DNA of 32,000 bases, taken from contig LYOS01000003.1 in NCBI GenBank assembly GCA_001766815.1, forward strand, positions 256,742 to 288,741. The letters run 5' to 3'. The first letter of the stretch is position 1. Each line of letters begins with the position of its first letter. Below the pieces are notes generated by a model. The model saw only the letters and a program-made list of their open reading frames with translations, was not told where the DNA came from and ran no database searches. The position numbers and the translations under genes were made by a program. This DNA comes from Candidatus Syntropharchaeum caldarium. Its GTDB lineage: Archaea; Halobacteriota; Syntropharchaeia; Syntropharchaeales; Syntropharchaeaceae. Positions 9,034 to 16,603 of the stretch are shown here, in pieces.

Positions 9034-9598
9034 GGATGCGATTTCCACCCTTAAATCAGGTGGGGTCATCGTCTACCCAACAGAGACGGTCTATGGTCTT
9101 GGCGCGAGTATATACAAAAAGGAGGGTATAGAGAGGATCTATGTGATCAAAGGGAGATTATTCTCAAAACCAGTATCCATTGCTGTTTCGAGTTATGATA
9201 TGATCGATGAGGTGGCCTATCTCGATGAATCGATGCGTAAGATCATCGAGAAGATCCTGCCAGGACCTGTTACAGTGCTTCTTAAGAAGAGGCCGGTTGT
9301 ACCAGATCGTTTGAGTGCAGGTTCAGATCTCATCGGTATCAGATTTCCAGATCACGAAAAAGCGCTTGCGATAATCGAATCCGTGGGTCCAATCACCTCA
9401 ACGAGTGCGAATATCTCGGGTAAGAAAGATCCGATTGCTCCTGAGGAGGTTGAGATTGAAGCAGATTTAATTGTTAATGGTGGAAGATGCAGGATAGGAG
9501 TCTCCTCGACGGTTGTGGATCCTGTTTCAAAGAGAATCCTGAGAAAAGGAGCGGGGTATATGAAAGTTCTTGAGATCTTATCTTCTGAGCATGAATAA
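9011..9598 (+). CDS. tsaC: L-threonylcarbamoyladenylate synthase, short YrdC-domain type (TsaC/Sua5 family)
   Basis: VIVYPTETVYGLGA and TSTSANISG motifs. I moved the start to TTG/GTG at 9011/9014, preceded by GAGGTG (9001-9006). The track start at 8978 lies inside the upstream gene. Confidence 0.85.
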   Translation: MVRQGTVEDAISTLKSGGVIVYPTETVYGLGASIYKKEGIERIYVIKGRLFSKPVSIAVSSYDMIDEVAYLDESMRKIIEKILPGPVTVLLKKRPVVPDRLSAGSDLIGIRFPDHEKALAIIESVGPITSTSANISGKKDPIAPEEVEIEADLIVNGGRCRIGVSSTVVDPVSKRILRKGAGYMKVLEILSSEHE

Positions 9599-9631
9599 CT
9601 TTATCTACCTGATAATACATCTACTCATCGC

Positions 9632-10426
9632 ATGACAGAGATCCCCAGAGACCATCCTCGCTATGAATCACTCTCACTGCGAGAAACGATCACAAGATGC
9701 GTTGAGTTAGGGATTACAAGCAGACAGGGACTTATCGCACACGGCAGAGGCGAGGCTATCGATTATCTGATCGGCGAGAAGACACTTCCAACTGCGCTAA
9801 AGGCTGAAGACGCAGCAGTTGCCACTCTTTTAACCGCAAAAAACCCTGTAATATCTGTGAATGGCAATACCGCAGCCCTTGTACCAGAGGAGACGATTGA
9901 ACTCGCGGAACTTATCGGAGCAAAGATCGAGATAAACCTGTTTCACAGGACAGAAGAACGAATTGCAAGGATAAAAGATCATCTTGAGCGATTAGGTGCA
10001 GAGGATGTGCTTGGTTTAGAGCCTGATGAGAAGATACCCGGTCTCACAAGTGAACGGGCCAAAGTCTCAAAGAAAGGAATATTTAGCGCAGATGCAGTGC
10101 TTGTACCGCTTGAAGATGGTGATCGCTGTGAATCACTTGTCAGGATGGGAAAGATTGTGATCGCGATCGATATTAATCCTTTCTCACGTACATCCAGGAT
10201 GGCGCAGATCTCGATCATCGATAATGTGATCCGTGCGATGCCAAATATGATCGCATGTGCAAAAGTGCTTACCGAGAACGCCGTGCCAAAGAAAGATCTA
10301 CTGGCCATGATAGAGGCGTTTGATAATAGAGAAAACCTGAACGAGACGATTAAAGAGATAAAACGAGGTCTGAATGAGGGACGATTGGAAGAGAGTACGG
10401 GTTATAGCAAATTATCAATTTGGTAG
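9632..10426 (+). CDS. 4-phosphopantoate--beta-alanine ligase (archaeal phosphopantothenate synthetase)
   Basis: HPRYESLSLRE...GLIAHGRGEAIDYLIGE...ISVNGNTAAL...IAIDINPFSRT is the characteristic archaeal PPS (DUF137) sequence pattern. Confidence 0.85.
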   Translation: MTEIPRDHPRYESLSLRETITRCVELGITSRQGLIAHGRGEAIDYLIGEKTLPTALKAEDAAVATLLTAKNPVISVNGNTAALVPEETIELAELIGAKIEINLFHRTEERIARIKDHLERLGAEDVLGLEPDEKIPGLTSERAKVSKKGIFSADAVLVPLEDGDRCESLVRMGKIVIAIDINPFSRTSRMAQISIIDNVIRAMPNMIACAKVLTENAVPKKDLLAMIEAFDNRENLNETIKEIKRGLNEGRLEESTGYSKLSIW

Positions 10427-10835
10427 AGGCGCTGGTCTTGCACTCTTTCCCTCTGAGCCTGAGATCCGTTACTCAAGGACAAAGCGAATACGCCAGCTCT
10501 TCTACGATAATGAGCGAATAGCAACACTTAAGACTGATGGACTATTCACTTTAGGTATTGAGGGTGCGAGGAGATTGCATCGCTATCTGCCATATCCGAA
10601 GATGCGAGTTGTTGTTGCGGACGAGGCTGTACCGTTTGTTCGTGACGGCAGGAGCGCATTTGCAAAGCATGTCGTTGCGGTAGATGATGCGATTCGCCCG
10701 TTTGATGAGGTGCTGATCGTTGATCGGTTCGATAATCTGATTGGAACCGGGAAGGCGCTTCTCTCGGCATGTGAGATCACTTCGTTCATGCGAGGTGTGG
10801 CGGTTGATGTTAGATCTGGAACAGGAGGTAATTGA
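10374..10835 (+). CDS. PUA-domain RNA-binding protein
   Basis: 153 aa. The C-terminal half (VVADEAVPFVRDGRSAFAKHVVAVDDAIRPFDEVLIVDRFDNLIGTGKALL) is a typical PUA domain. It overlaps the upstream gene by 53 nt, so the start is uncertain. Confidence 0.75.
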   Translation: MRDDWKRVRVIANYQFGRGAGLALFPSEPEIRYSRTKRIRQLFYDNERIATLKTDGLFTLGIEGARRLHRYLPYPKMRVVVADEAVPFVRDGRSAFAKHVVAVDDAIRPFDEVLIVDRFDNLIGTGKALLSACEITSFMRGVAVDVRSGTGGN

Positions 10836-10840
10836 GTAAT

Positions 10841-11188
10841 ATGTTTCCAGGAATGGCGGGTGTTAATCCCAAAAAAATGAAACAGATGATGAAACAGATG
10901 GGAATCTCGCTCAACGAGCTTGAAGATGTCCAGGAGGTTATTATCCGAATGAAAGATCATGAACTGGTCTTTCCTGATGCGGTTGTGACGGTGATGAATG
11001 CGCAGGGTACAACGCTCTACCAGGTTGTTGGAACACCAGAAGAGCGAACTACAGCGTCTGTGGTGAGTGATGAGGATATTGAACTTGTTATGGAAAAAAC
11101 AGGTGCATCGAGGGAGATGGCAAAAGAAGCCCTGGAGCGTGCGAACGGGGATCTTGTCGAGGCGATAATGGCACTTGAGGGCAAATAA
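10841..11188 (+). CDS. nac: nascent polypeptide-associated complex protein (archaeal NAC, NAC + UBA domains)
   Basis: GMAGVNPKKMKQMMKQMGI N-terminus, NAC beta-barrel core, and a C-terminal UBA-like DIELVMEKTGASREMAKEALERANGDLVEAIMAL. ATG 10841 lies 11 nt after GGAGGT. Confidence 0.9.
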   Translation: MFPGMAGVNPKKMKQMMKQMGISLNELEDVQEVIIRMKDHELVFPDAVVTVMNAQGTTLYQVVGTPEERTTASVVSDEDIELVMEKTGASREMAKEALERANGDLVEAIMALEGK

Positions 11189-11207
11189 GCAAAACAGGTT
11201 CGTTGGT

Positions 11208-11292
11208 GCGGGGGTTGCCAAGCCAGGTCAAAGGCGCAGGGCTTAGGACCCTGTCTCGTAGGAGTTCGCGAGTTCAAATCTCGTCCCCCGCA
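11208..11292 (+). tRNA. tRNA-Leu (anticodon UAG), class II with long variable arm
   Basis: Hand-folded. Acceptor GCGGGGG/CCCCCGC with discriminator A. Anticodon stem CAGGG/CCCTG with loop CTTAGGA. Long variable arm. T-arm GCGAG-TTCAAAT-CTCGT. No encoded CCA. Confidence 0.9.
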
Positions 11293-11297
11293 TTGTT

Positions 11298-11705
11298 TTA
11301 GCTTTCGTAGCTTCGCACCCTGATAAAGTATACGATCACAGGAAGCACCGCCACCAAAAGCAGAATTTCAGGTCTAACCTCATCGAGGATCAGGAACTCA
11401 TCAGCCTCGCCGAGGAGGTACATCAGATAGTCTGCGCCCATGATCAGGATGTAGAGTATACCAAAGACACCGGTGAGGATCGATCCAACGAGAACGAACG
11501 ATAGCCCTTCTTCTCGCTTTGATAGAAGCTCGCCGATTCCTGAGAGGTAGACTGCTGCGATTACGAGGAGTGCGAATCCTCCGAAGAGGTCTGCTGGTAT
11601 CCAGGAGTCGGTCCCTGTGAAGACGAATATGACCTCGAGTACGCCGATTATTGCGGTTATTCCTCCGATCAAAGCCGAATAGAGACCTATATTTTTAAGA
11701 TTCAT
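11298..11705 (-). CDS. hypothetical 4-TM membrane protein, last gene of the feo operon
   Basis: 135 aa with four hydrophobic segments. The ATG lies 1 nt after the stop of the FeoB membrane subunit. I did not recognise a family. Confidence 0.55.
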   Translation of the reverse strand: MNLKNIGLYSALIGGITAIIGVLEVIFVFTGTDSWIPADLFGGFALLVIAAVYLSGIGELLSKREEGLSFVLVGSILTGVFGILYILIMGADYLMYLLGEADEFLILDEVRPEILLLVAVLPVIVYFIRVRSYES

Positions 11706-11706
11706 T

Positions 11707-12984
11707 TTACAACACCCCTGTTATGAAGTTTCCAGTGAGAACGATTATTCCTGCAACGATGTATGCAAGCACGAGCTGGTATAGCACCATGAACCCTGTC
11801 CACTTCCATGAACCTGTCTCTGCTCTGACTATTCCAAGCGTTGCAAGGCATGGGAGGTAGATCAGTGTGAACGCCATGAATGCGAGTCCTGTTACGGGTG
11901 TCATGTGGGCTGCAACTGCGCCTGTGATTGCGTCTTCGCCTCCGACACCGTAGAGGATTCCGAATGTCTCGACAACGATCTCCTTTGCGAGGAAGCCGAA
12001 GAAGAGTGCGATTGCTGCCATCCAGTCAAATCCGAGTGGTGCAAGGAGTGGTTCAAGTGTGTGTCCGAGCATCCCTGCATAGCTTGATTCGATCTCTCTG
12101 CCCCATGGGAATGATGCCATGAACCAGAGGACGAGTGCGCCACCGAGGAGGATTGTTCCAGCTTTTTTCAGGAATACCACTGCCCTTGACCACATGTAAA
12201 GTAAGACGCTCTTTATAGCGGGTCTGGCGTATGGTGGAAGTTCCATGATGAAAGGGGCTGGCTTTCCTCTGAGGCCTCGTATGAATCGTCTGAAGAGAAG
12301 TGCCATCAGTATTGCGAGCACGATTCCGAGGACGTACATCGAGAAGATCGCACTCCCTGCGTACGTGCCAAAGAGTGCACCTGCGATGAGGACATAGACC
12401 GGGAGCCTTGCACCGCATGACATCAGAGGGTTTATGAGAATCGTTATCAGCCGATCCTTCTCGTCTCCGATTGAGCGTGTTGCCATGATCGCCGGGAGGT
12501 TGCAGCCGAAGCCCATCAGCATCGGTATGAATGACCTCCCGTGAAGCCCGATCCGATACATCAGCCGATCCATCACAAAGGCGGCTCTTGGGAGATACCC
12601 GCTGTCTTCGAGGATTGCGAGTGCGATGAAGAGGAACATGATCGGGAAGATGAAGACCAGTACGAATCCAAGTCCTCCGCAGATCCCGTCAGCCCAAAGC
12701 GATATAAGTGGTGTAGTGGGCTCTCCTAAGAGTCCTCCAAGCCATCCGAATATGCGTTCGAGCATAACCATGAACGGCTCTGAGACTGTGAAGGCAAACT
12801 GGAATGTTGCCCACATGAGAGTCAAAAAGACGGGTATCCCGAGTCTCTTGTGGAGAAATACGCGGTCGAGGAGGTCTGATGTGGTGAGTGCGTGATCCCT
12901 GCGTCCAGCTAGCGAGGCATGGAGGATGCGATCTATCGCCCTGTATCGCTCCTCTGCAAATGTATCTGCGTTCATCTCTACCAT
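11707..12984 (-). CDS. feoB: ferrous iron transporter FeoB, membrane (gate/nucleoside-recognition) portion
   Basis: Begins with the FeoB linker pattern AEERYRAIDRI...LDRVFLHKRLGIPVFL, followed by polytopic membrane domains. The ATG overlaps the stop of the G-domain ORF (ATGGTAG) and is preceded by GGAGGTG. Confidence 0.9.
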   Translation of the reverse strand: MVEMNADTFAEERYRAIDRILHASLAGRRDHALTTSDLLDRVFLHKRLGIPVFLTLMWATFQFAFTVSEPFMVMLERIFGWLGGLLGEPTTPLISLWADGICGGLGFVLVFIFPIMFLFIALAILEDSGYLPRAAFVMDRLMYRIGLHGRSFIPMLMGFGCNLPAIMATRSIGDEKDRLITILINPLMSCGARLPVYVLIAGALFGTYAGSAIFSMYVLGIVLAILMALLFRRFIRGLRGKPAPFIMELPPYARPAIKSVLLYMWSRAVVFLKKAGTILLGGALVLWFMASFPWGREIESSYAGMLGHTLEPLLAPLGFDWMAAIALFFGFLAKEIVVETFGILYGVGGEDAITGAVAAHMTPVTGLAFMAFTLIYLPCLATLGIVRAETGSWKWTGFMVLYQLVLAYIVAGIIVLTGNFITGVL

Positions 12985-13682
12985 CCTGCCACCTCCAGGA
13001 TCTGATCCCGTTTTGGTGACGAGCTTATCCGAGCCATAACACTCTCATCCTTCTCAAGGAGTTTTATGGCAAGCCATCGTGGAGGATAGGTATTTGCGAG
13101 ATAGGTATCGGTGAGGATCAGCTCCTCAACCTCCTTGATGCGAGCCTCGATATCGTCACTGTAGCCGATCGTGACCTTACGATGCCTCTCCCTTCTCACC
13201 GCTGCACTGAGAATTGCATCTCGAAGCTCACCCATACCGCTCTGGGTCGTTGCAACCGTCGGGATAACAGGCACACCAAGAAGGAGTGAAAGCTCTTTAA
13301 TATCAAATTCATAATTCTTTGAAGCTGCAATATCCATCTTGTTCAGTGCGACGACGACGTTTGCCTCAAGCTCCAGCAAGAGAAGTGTTAGATACAGATT
13401 TCGCTCGATATTCGATGCATCAACGATATCAACCACGACATCAGGCTTCTCATCGACAATATAGTCTCTTGCAATCCGTTCATCTATCGCATCTGCTTCG
13501 AGGCTGTATGTGCCTGGAAGATCCACAATCTCCATCTCGGTTCCGTTGTGCGTGCACCTGCCTGTCTTCTTCTCAACCGTGACTCCTGGCCAGTTTCCAA
13601 CATGCTGCCTTGAGCCTGTCAGGTTGTTGAAGATCACGGTCTTTCCGACATTTGGATTTCCGATGAGTGCAACCCTGATCAC
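12978..13682 (-). CDS. feoB: ferrous iron transporter FeoB, N-terminal GTPase (G + helical S domain) as a separate polypeptide
   Basis: G1 GNPNVGKT, G3 DLPGTYSL, G4 NKMD; 234 aa, ending where the one-piece FeoB linker begins. Confidence 0.9.
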   Translation of the reverse strand: MIRVALIGNPNVGKTVIFNNLTGSRQHVGNWPGVTVEKKTGRCTHNGTEMEIVDLPGTYSLEADAIDERIARDYIVDEKPDVVVDIVDASNIERNLYLTLLLLELEANVVVALNKMDIAASKNYEFDIKELSLLLGVPVIPTVATTQSGMGELRDAILSAAVRRERHRKVTIGYSDDIEARIKEVEELILTDTYLANTYPPRWLAIKLLEKDESVMARISSSPKRDQILEVAGW

Positions 13683-13688
13683 CGTTTC

Positions 13689-14105
13689 TCACCTGCCATC
13701 AAGGTCCACAAGTATCTTCATAGCAATACCACGACCGAGCGCAATCCTTGATCCTTTCACATCAACGAGAAGCCCTGGAGATCCTGAGATCACCTTGACC
13801 TTAGAGGACGGCGTGAATCCAAGCTCGAGAAGTCTCTTTGCAACCCCTCTTCCGCCACAGTATCCAAGGATCACACCCTCATCGCCTGCAGAGAGGAGTC
13901 CGAGTGGAACGCCCGACTCCAGACTCTTACTATCTGCGATAAGCTCATGCAGGTGCTCATCGATCTCTTTGAGGTGCGAAGAGAGCTCTTCATCAGCTGG
14001 GTGGGACCTGAGTACATGCTCAACGTCCTCGTGGATATGTTCCACCTTCCTCTCTATCTCATGGATCTTCTTTGCACCAGAGATCCTATCTCTCATCCCA
14101 AACAT
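13689..14105 (-). CDS. feoA: FeoA-domain protein with a His/Glu-rich helical N-terminal extension of about 65 aa
   Basis: The C-terminal 75 aa are FeoA/SH3-like (LSAGDEGVILGY...RLLELGFTPSSKVKV...VDVKGSRIALGRGIAMKILV). I set the start at ATG 14105, which lies 1 nt after the feoA1 stop and 7 nt after GGAGGT. The longer track ORF overlaps feoA1. Confidence 0.75.
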   Translation of the reverse strand: MFGMRDRISGAKKIHEIERKVEHIHEDVEHVLRSHPADEELSSHLKEIDEHLHELIADSKSLESGVPLGLLSAGDEGVILGYCGGRGVAKRLLELGFTPSSKVKVISGSPGLLVDVKGSRIALGRGIAMKILVDLDGR

Positions 14106-14106
14106 A

Positions 14107-14337
14107 CTAAACCTCCACAGAGACGCACGCTGCCTCCTCCTTTCGAAGCGAGAGGTTGTACCCTTTGAGACGAAACTCCACAGGATCGCCAAGAGGCGCT
14201 CTTCTCACAACCTCGATCTCGGTGCCCCGGACAATCCCCATATCCCTGATCCGCCTCTGAACCGTGTTATCACCGCTAACTGAAAGGACTCTCCCCTTCT
14301 CACCAGGCTGCATATCACTCAGGGTCTTCTTCTTCAT
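14107..14337 (-). CDS. feoA: FeoA ferrous iron transport protein A
   Basis: 76 aa; LSDMQPGEKGRVLSV...RRIRDMGIVRGTEIEVVRRAPLGDPVEFRLKGYNLSLRKEEA is canonical FeoA. Confidence 0.85.
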   Translation of the reverse strand: MKKKTLSDMQPGEKGRVLSVSGDNTVQRRIRDMGIVRGTEIEVVRRAPLGDPVEFRLKGYNLSLRKEEAACVSVEV

Positions 14338-14348
14338 CTCATCACTCC

Positions 14349-14362
14349 TTAGGCATTCCTAA
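14349..14362. promoter_or_regulatory. putative DtxR-family operator (TTAGG-N4-CCTAA) in the feoA promoter/5' leader
   Basis: TTAGGCATTCCTAA sits between the TATA-like TTTTTTATATA (minus strand, about 14385-14395) and the feoA ATG (14337), and overlaps the AAGGAG Shine-Dalgarno. It has the same arm and spacing design as the palindrome at 14897-14910. Further TTAGG/CCTAA half-sites lie at 14380, 14401, 14411 and 14428. Confidence 0.5.
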
Positions 14363-14430
14363 CTACCGTGAGTAGTGAATTAGGTATATAAAAAAGATAC
14401 CCTAAAAAAGTTAGGTTCGATACCAGAAAC

Positions 14431-14886
14431 CTATTTTTTGCTCTCTTTACCCTTGCACGAATGCTTCCCCGTCCTGCAGAACTCCTCGAAGTGTCTGAGC
14501 CATTCGGGATAGTCAGGAGCAGTTTTAACAAAGTTTACGAGGTTCTTGAGCTGTTCTATCGTCTTTGGATGGAGTTCATGCTCCATCACACACGCATCCT
14601 CGTCTGCCACCCGTGAGGGAACACGCAGGATCTCAAGTAGCGACCTTATGATCTCGTGCCGCTCTTTGACAACCCTTGCGATCTCCTCTCCCTTATCTGT
14701 TAAAATTATACCATCATACCTTCTATAATTGACATACCCCATCGCGTCAAGCTTCTTTACCATCTCATTGACGCTTGGTGGTGTAATCCCCAGGGCCACC
14801 GCAATATCCTTTACTCTGACATGACCTCTCTCTTCTGTGATCTTTAAGATCGCCTCCAGGTAATCTTCTGCCTTTCTTGAGAGCAT
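14431..14886 (-). CDS. DtxR/IdeR/MntR-family metal-dependent transcriptional repressor
   Basis: AEDYLEAILKITEERGHVRVKDIAVALGITPPSVNEMVKKLDAMGYV winged-HTH, followed by the dimerisation/metal-site region (ARVVKERHEIIRSLL...CVMEHELH). Confidence 0.9.
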   Translation of the reverse strand: MLSRKAEDYLEAILKITEERGHVRVKDIAVALGITPPSVNEMVKKLDAMGYVNYRRYDGIILTDKGEEIARVVKERHEIIRSLLEILRVPSRVADEDACVMEHELHPKTIEQLKNLVNFVKTAPDYPEWLRHFEEFCRTGKHSCKGKESKK

Positions 14887-14896
14887 CCAGAAATAG

Positions 14897-14910
14897 TTAG
14901 GTTAACCTAA
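14897..14910. promoter_or_regulatory. perfect 14-bp palindrome TTAGGTTAACCTAA; putative autoregulatory DtxR box
   Basis: Exact self-complement. It abuts/overlaps a minus-strand TATA-like TTTATATT (14916-14909), about 25-30 nt upstream of the dtxR ATG (14886). The arms match the TTAGG/CCTAA arms of the classical DtxR/IdeR iron box. It overlaps the TAG stop of the upstream ATPase gene. Confidence 0.55.
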
Positions 14911-15791
14911 TATAAATCTTTTGTTACCCCATAATCCGACCTTATCCTCTCGAATATTGCCAGAAACTGCTTTTGCCAGTTACCAATCACTTTTATAAAT
15001 GGAATCCCTTTAGAATAGCTCTCTGCGATCTCCTTCAGGTATGGAATCTCAAGCAGAATATCAATTCCCTCATCGTTGCAGTAATCGTAAACCCCTCTAT
15101 CCCCGATCCCTGATCGATTGATTACGACGCCGAAGGGAATTTCAAGTTTTCTCAGGACTTTTACTGCGATTTTAAGATCGTAGAGTCCGAACGGCGTTGG
15201 TTCTGTTACGAGGATGCAGTAATCGCTATCCTTGACCGATGCGATGACAGGGCATGATGTGCCGGGTGGTGAATCGATGATGACTGTTCCTTCATCCCTA
15301 ATCTCACGCTTAACAGCCCTGACAAGTGGAACTGCCATCGCTTCACCTATATTGAGCGTACCATAAACAAGATCGATCCCCTCTTCTCCCTTTCCTTTTG
15401 CGATCTCACCGATTATGCGCTGCCCTTCGCTTATCGCATCCCTTGGGCATACAAGCATACAGCCCATACACCCATGGCAGAGTTCTGGAAAGTGGATCAC
15501 ATCCCCCTTCACGCCCTTCCCTGGGTTCTTGCCGATGACAAATATTGCGTTGAACTGACAGAACCTCGAACATTCCCCGCAGAAGTTGCATCTGAGTTTA
15601 TCGAATATTGGAACCGTTGTATATACAGGGTTCACCTCTTTTTCGGTTAGATTCAGGAATATGTGTGCGTTTGGCTCTTCAACATCACAGTCAAGGAGTT
15701 GAAGATTCTCGTTTTCAAGCGAGAGGGCAAGGTTGACTGCAACCGTTGTCTTCCCTGTTCCGCCCTTCCCGCTCGCAATTGATATGATCAT
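14907..15791 (-). CDS. MinD/Mrp/NifH-superfamily P-loop ATPase with inserted 2x[4Fe-4S] ferredoxin domain (COG1149-type)
   Basis: Deviant Walker A SGKGGTGKTT. Inserted CNFCGECSRFC and CHGCMGCMLVCP cluster motifs. Walker B-like VIIDSPPG. Confidence 0.9.
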   Translation of the reverse strand: MIISIASGKGGTGKTTVAVNLALSLENENLQLLDCDVEEPNAHIFLNLTEKEVNPVYTTVPIFDKLRCNFCGECSRFCQFNAIFVIGKNPGKGVKGDVIHFPELCHGCMGCMLVCPRDAISEGQRIIGEIAKGKGEEGIDLVYGTLNIGEAMAVPLVRAVKREIRDEGTVIIDSPPGTSCPVIASVKDSDYCILVTEPTPFGLYDLKIAVKVLRKLEIPFGVVINRSGIGDRGVYDYCNDEGIDILLEIPYLKEIAESYSKGIPFIKVIGNWQKQFLAIFERIRSDYGVTKDLY

Positions 15792-16151
15792 CTAATGCCT
15801 GTGCTCTCTGCATGCATTTTCATCGGTTGCCTCAGAGAGCCGCCCCTCCTGCCATGCCCTGATTGCATCTCGTACCGTCCCTGCTGCACCGACAAATACA
15901 TCGATCCCTGCCTGTTCAAACATCATTATCGCCCTTGGACCGAGTCCGCCACAGAGCATAACCTCAACACCCTCTTTTGCAAGTGCCTCTGGTGGAAGTC
16001 CAATACCTCCAAAGTGCTCGCTCGTATTGGGAATGGCTCTAACTTCGCCACTCTCTATATCCAGAATTGTAAAGGTTGGTGCCCTTCCGAAGTGCTCACA
16101 TACTGTATCATCCAGTCCCTTCATCTCATAGGTTGGTACACATACTTTCAT
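15792..16151 (-). CDS. NifX/NifB-C-terminal-like protein (dinitrogenase iron-molybdenum cofactor biosynthesis domain)
   Basis: 119 aa; EHFGRAPTFTILDIESGEV...EGVEVMLCGGLGPRAIMMFEQAGIDVFVGAAGTVRDAIRAW is the typical fold signature. The stop abuts the ATPase ATG (TAGATG) and the start overlaps the upstream stop (ATGA). Confidence 0.85.
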   Translation of the reverse strand: MKVCVPTYEMKGLDDTVCEHFGRAPTFTILDIESGEVRAIPNTSEHFGGIGLPPEALAKEGVEVMLCGGLGPRAIMMFEQAGIDVFVGAAGTVRDAIRAWQEGRLSEATDENACREHRH

Positions 16152-16603
16152 CTCAAATCACCTCGTATATCTTGTATCTTATTCTCAAACCATCCGATCT
16201 TGACCTCATCCGCGCCATCAAATTGAGGCACGTATGGTTTGATATCAATGAGTGGCGTACCATCAACGACATCCACTCCTTCAACCTTCAATATATTTCC
16301 CGCTCGTTCAAGAAGCTTCACGACAGAGACGCCTATGGGATTTGGCCTTCTCGGCGAACGGGTCGTGAAGAGTCCATGCGCTTCTGTATCCCATGGGGTC
16401 GTTACCATAAGCTGATACCCATCCGATTTATGAAGCCAGTAGAGGAGGATCAGGTGAGAGAAGCCTTCGATATCGGTTAAACCAGGCTCAAACTCATCGA
16501 AGACCTCAACCTCACAGATGGCATTTGATCTTGCAGTCTGGTGTGGACACTCGGATGAGGTCTTATAGGGTGTGTGGATTATTCCGATCGGTTCAATCTT
16601 CAA
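16148..16603 (-). CDS. TsaA/TrmO-like (YaeB/UPF0066) SAM-binding protein
   Basis: IEPIGIIHTPY...GFSHLILLYWLH...GLFTTRSPRRPNPIGVSVVKLL...VDGTPLIDIKPYVPQFD are hallmark TsaA-family motifs. Confidence 0.85.
   Translation of the reverse strand: MKIEPIGIIHTPYKTSSECPHQTARSNAICEVEVFDEFEPGLTDIEGFSHLILLYWLHKSDGYQLMVTTPWDTEAHGLFTTRSPRRPNPIGVSVVKLLERAGNILKVEGVDVVDGTPLIDIKPYVPQFDGADEVKIGWFENKIQDIRGDLR

Noticed and set aside
10583-11221. 212-aa minus-strand ORF
   Set aside because: It is antisense to the PUA and NAC genes and runs into the tRNA-Leu gene. The composition is His/Arg/Cys-rich and no family signature is visible. Shadow ORF.
12978-13045. FeoB split as a sequencing frameshift or pseudogene
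   Set aside because: Considered, but the second ORF has its own ATG with GGAGGTG 5 nt upstream and a classic overlapping stop-start. Both halves are full-length and motif-complete. It is kept as a finding because only read data or orthologues can settle it.
13510-14283. 257-aa plus-strand ORF, the longest unexplained ORF in the track
   Set aside because: It is antisense to the FeoB G domain and both FeoA genes, which have unmistakable motifs. The translation is a Ser/Pro/Leu-rich low-complexity string.
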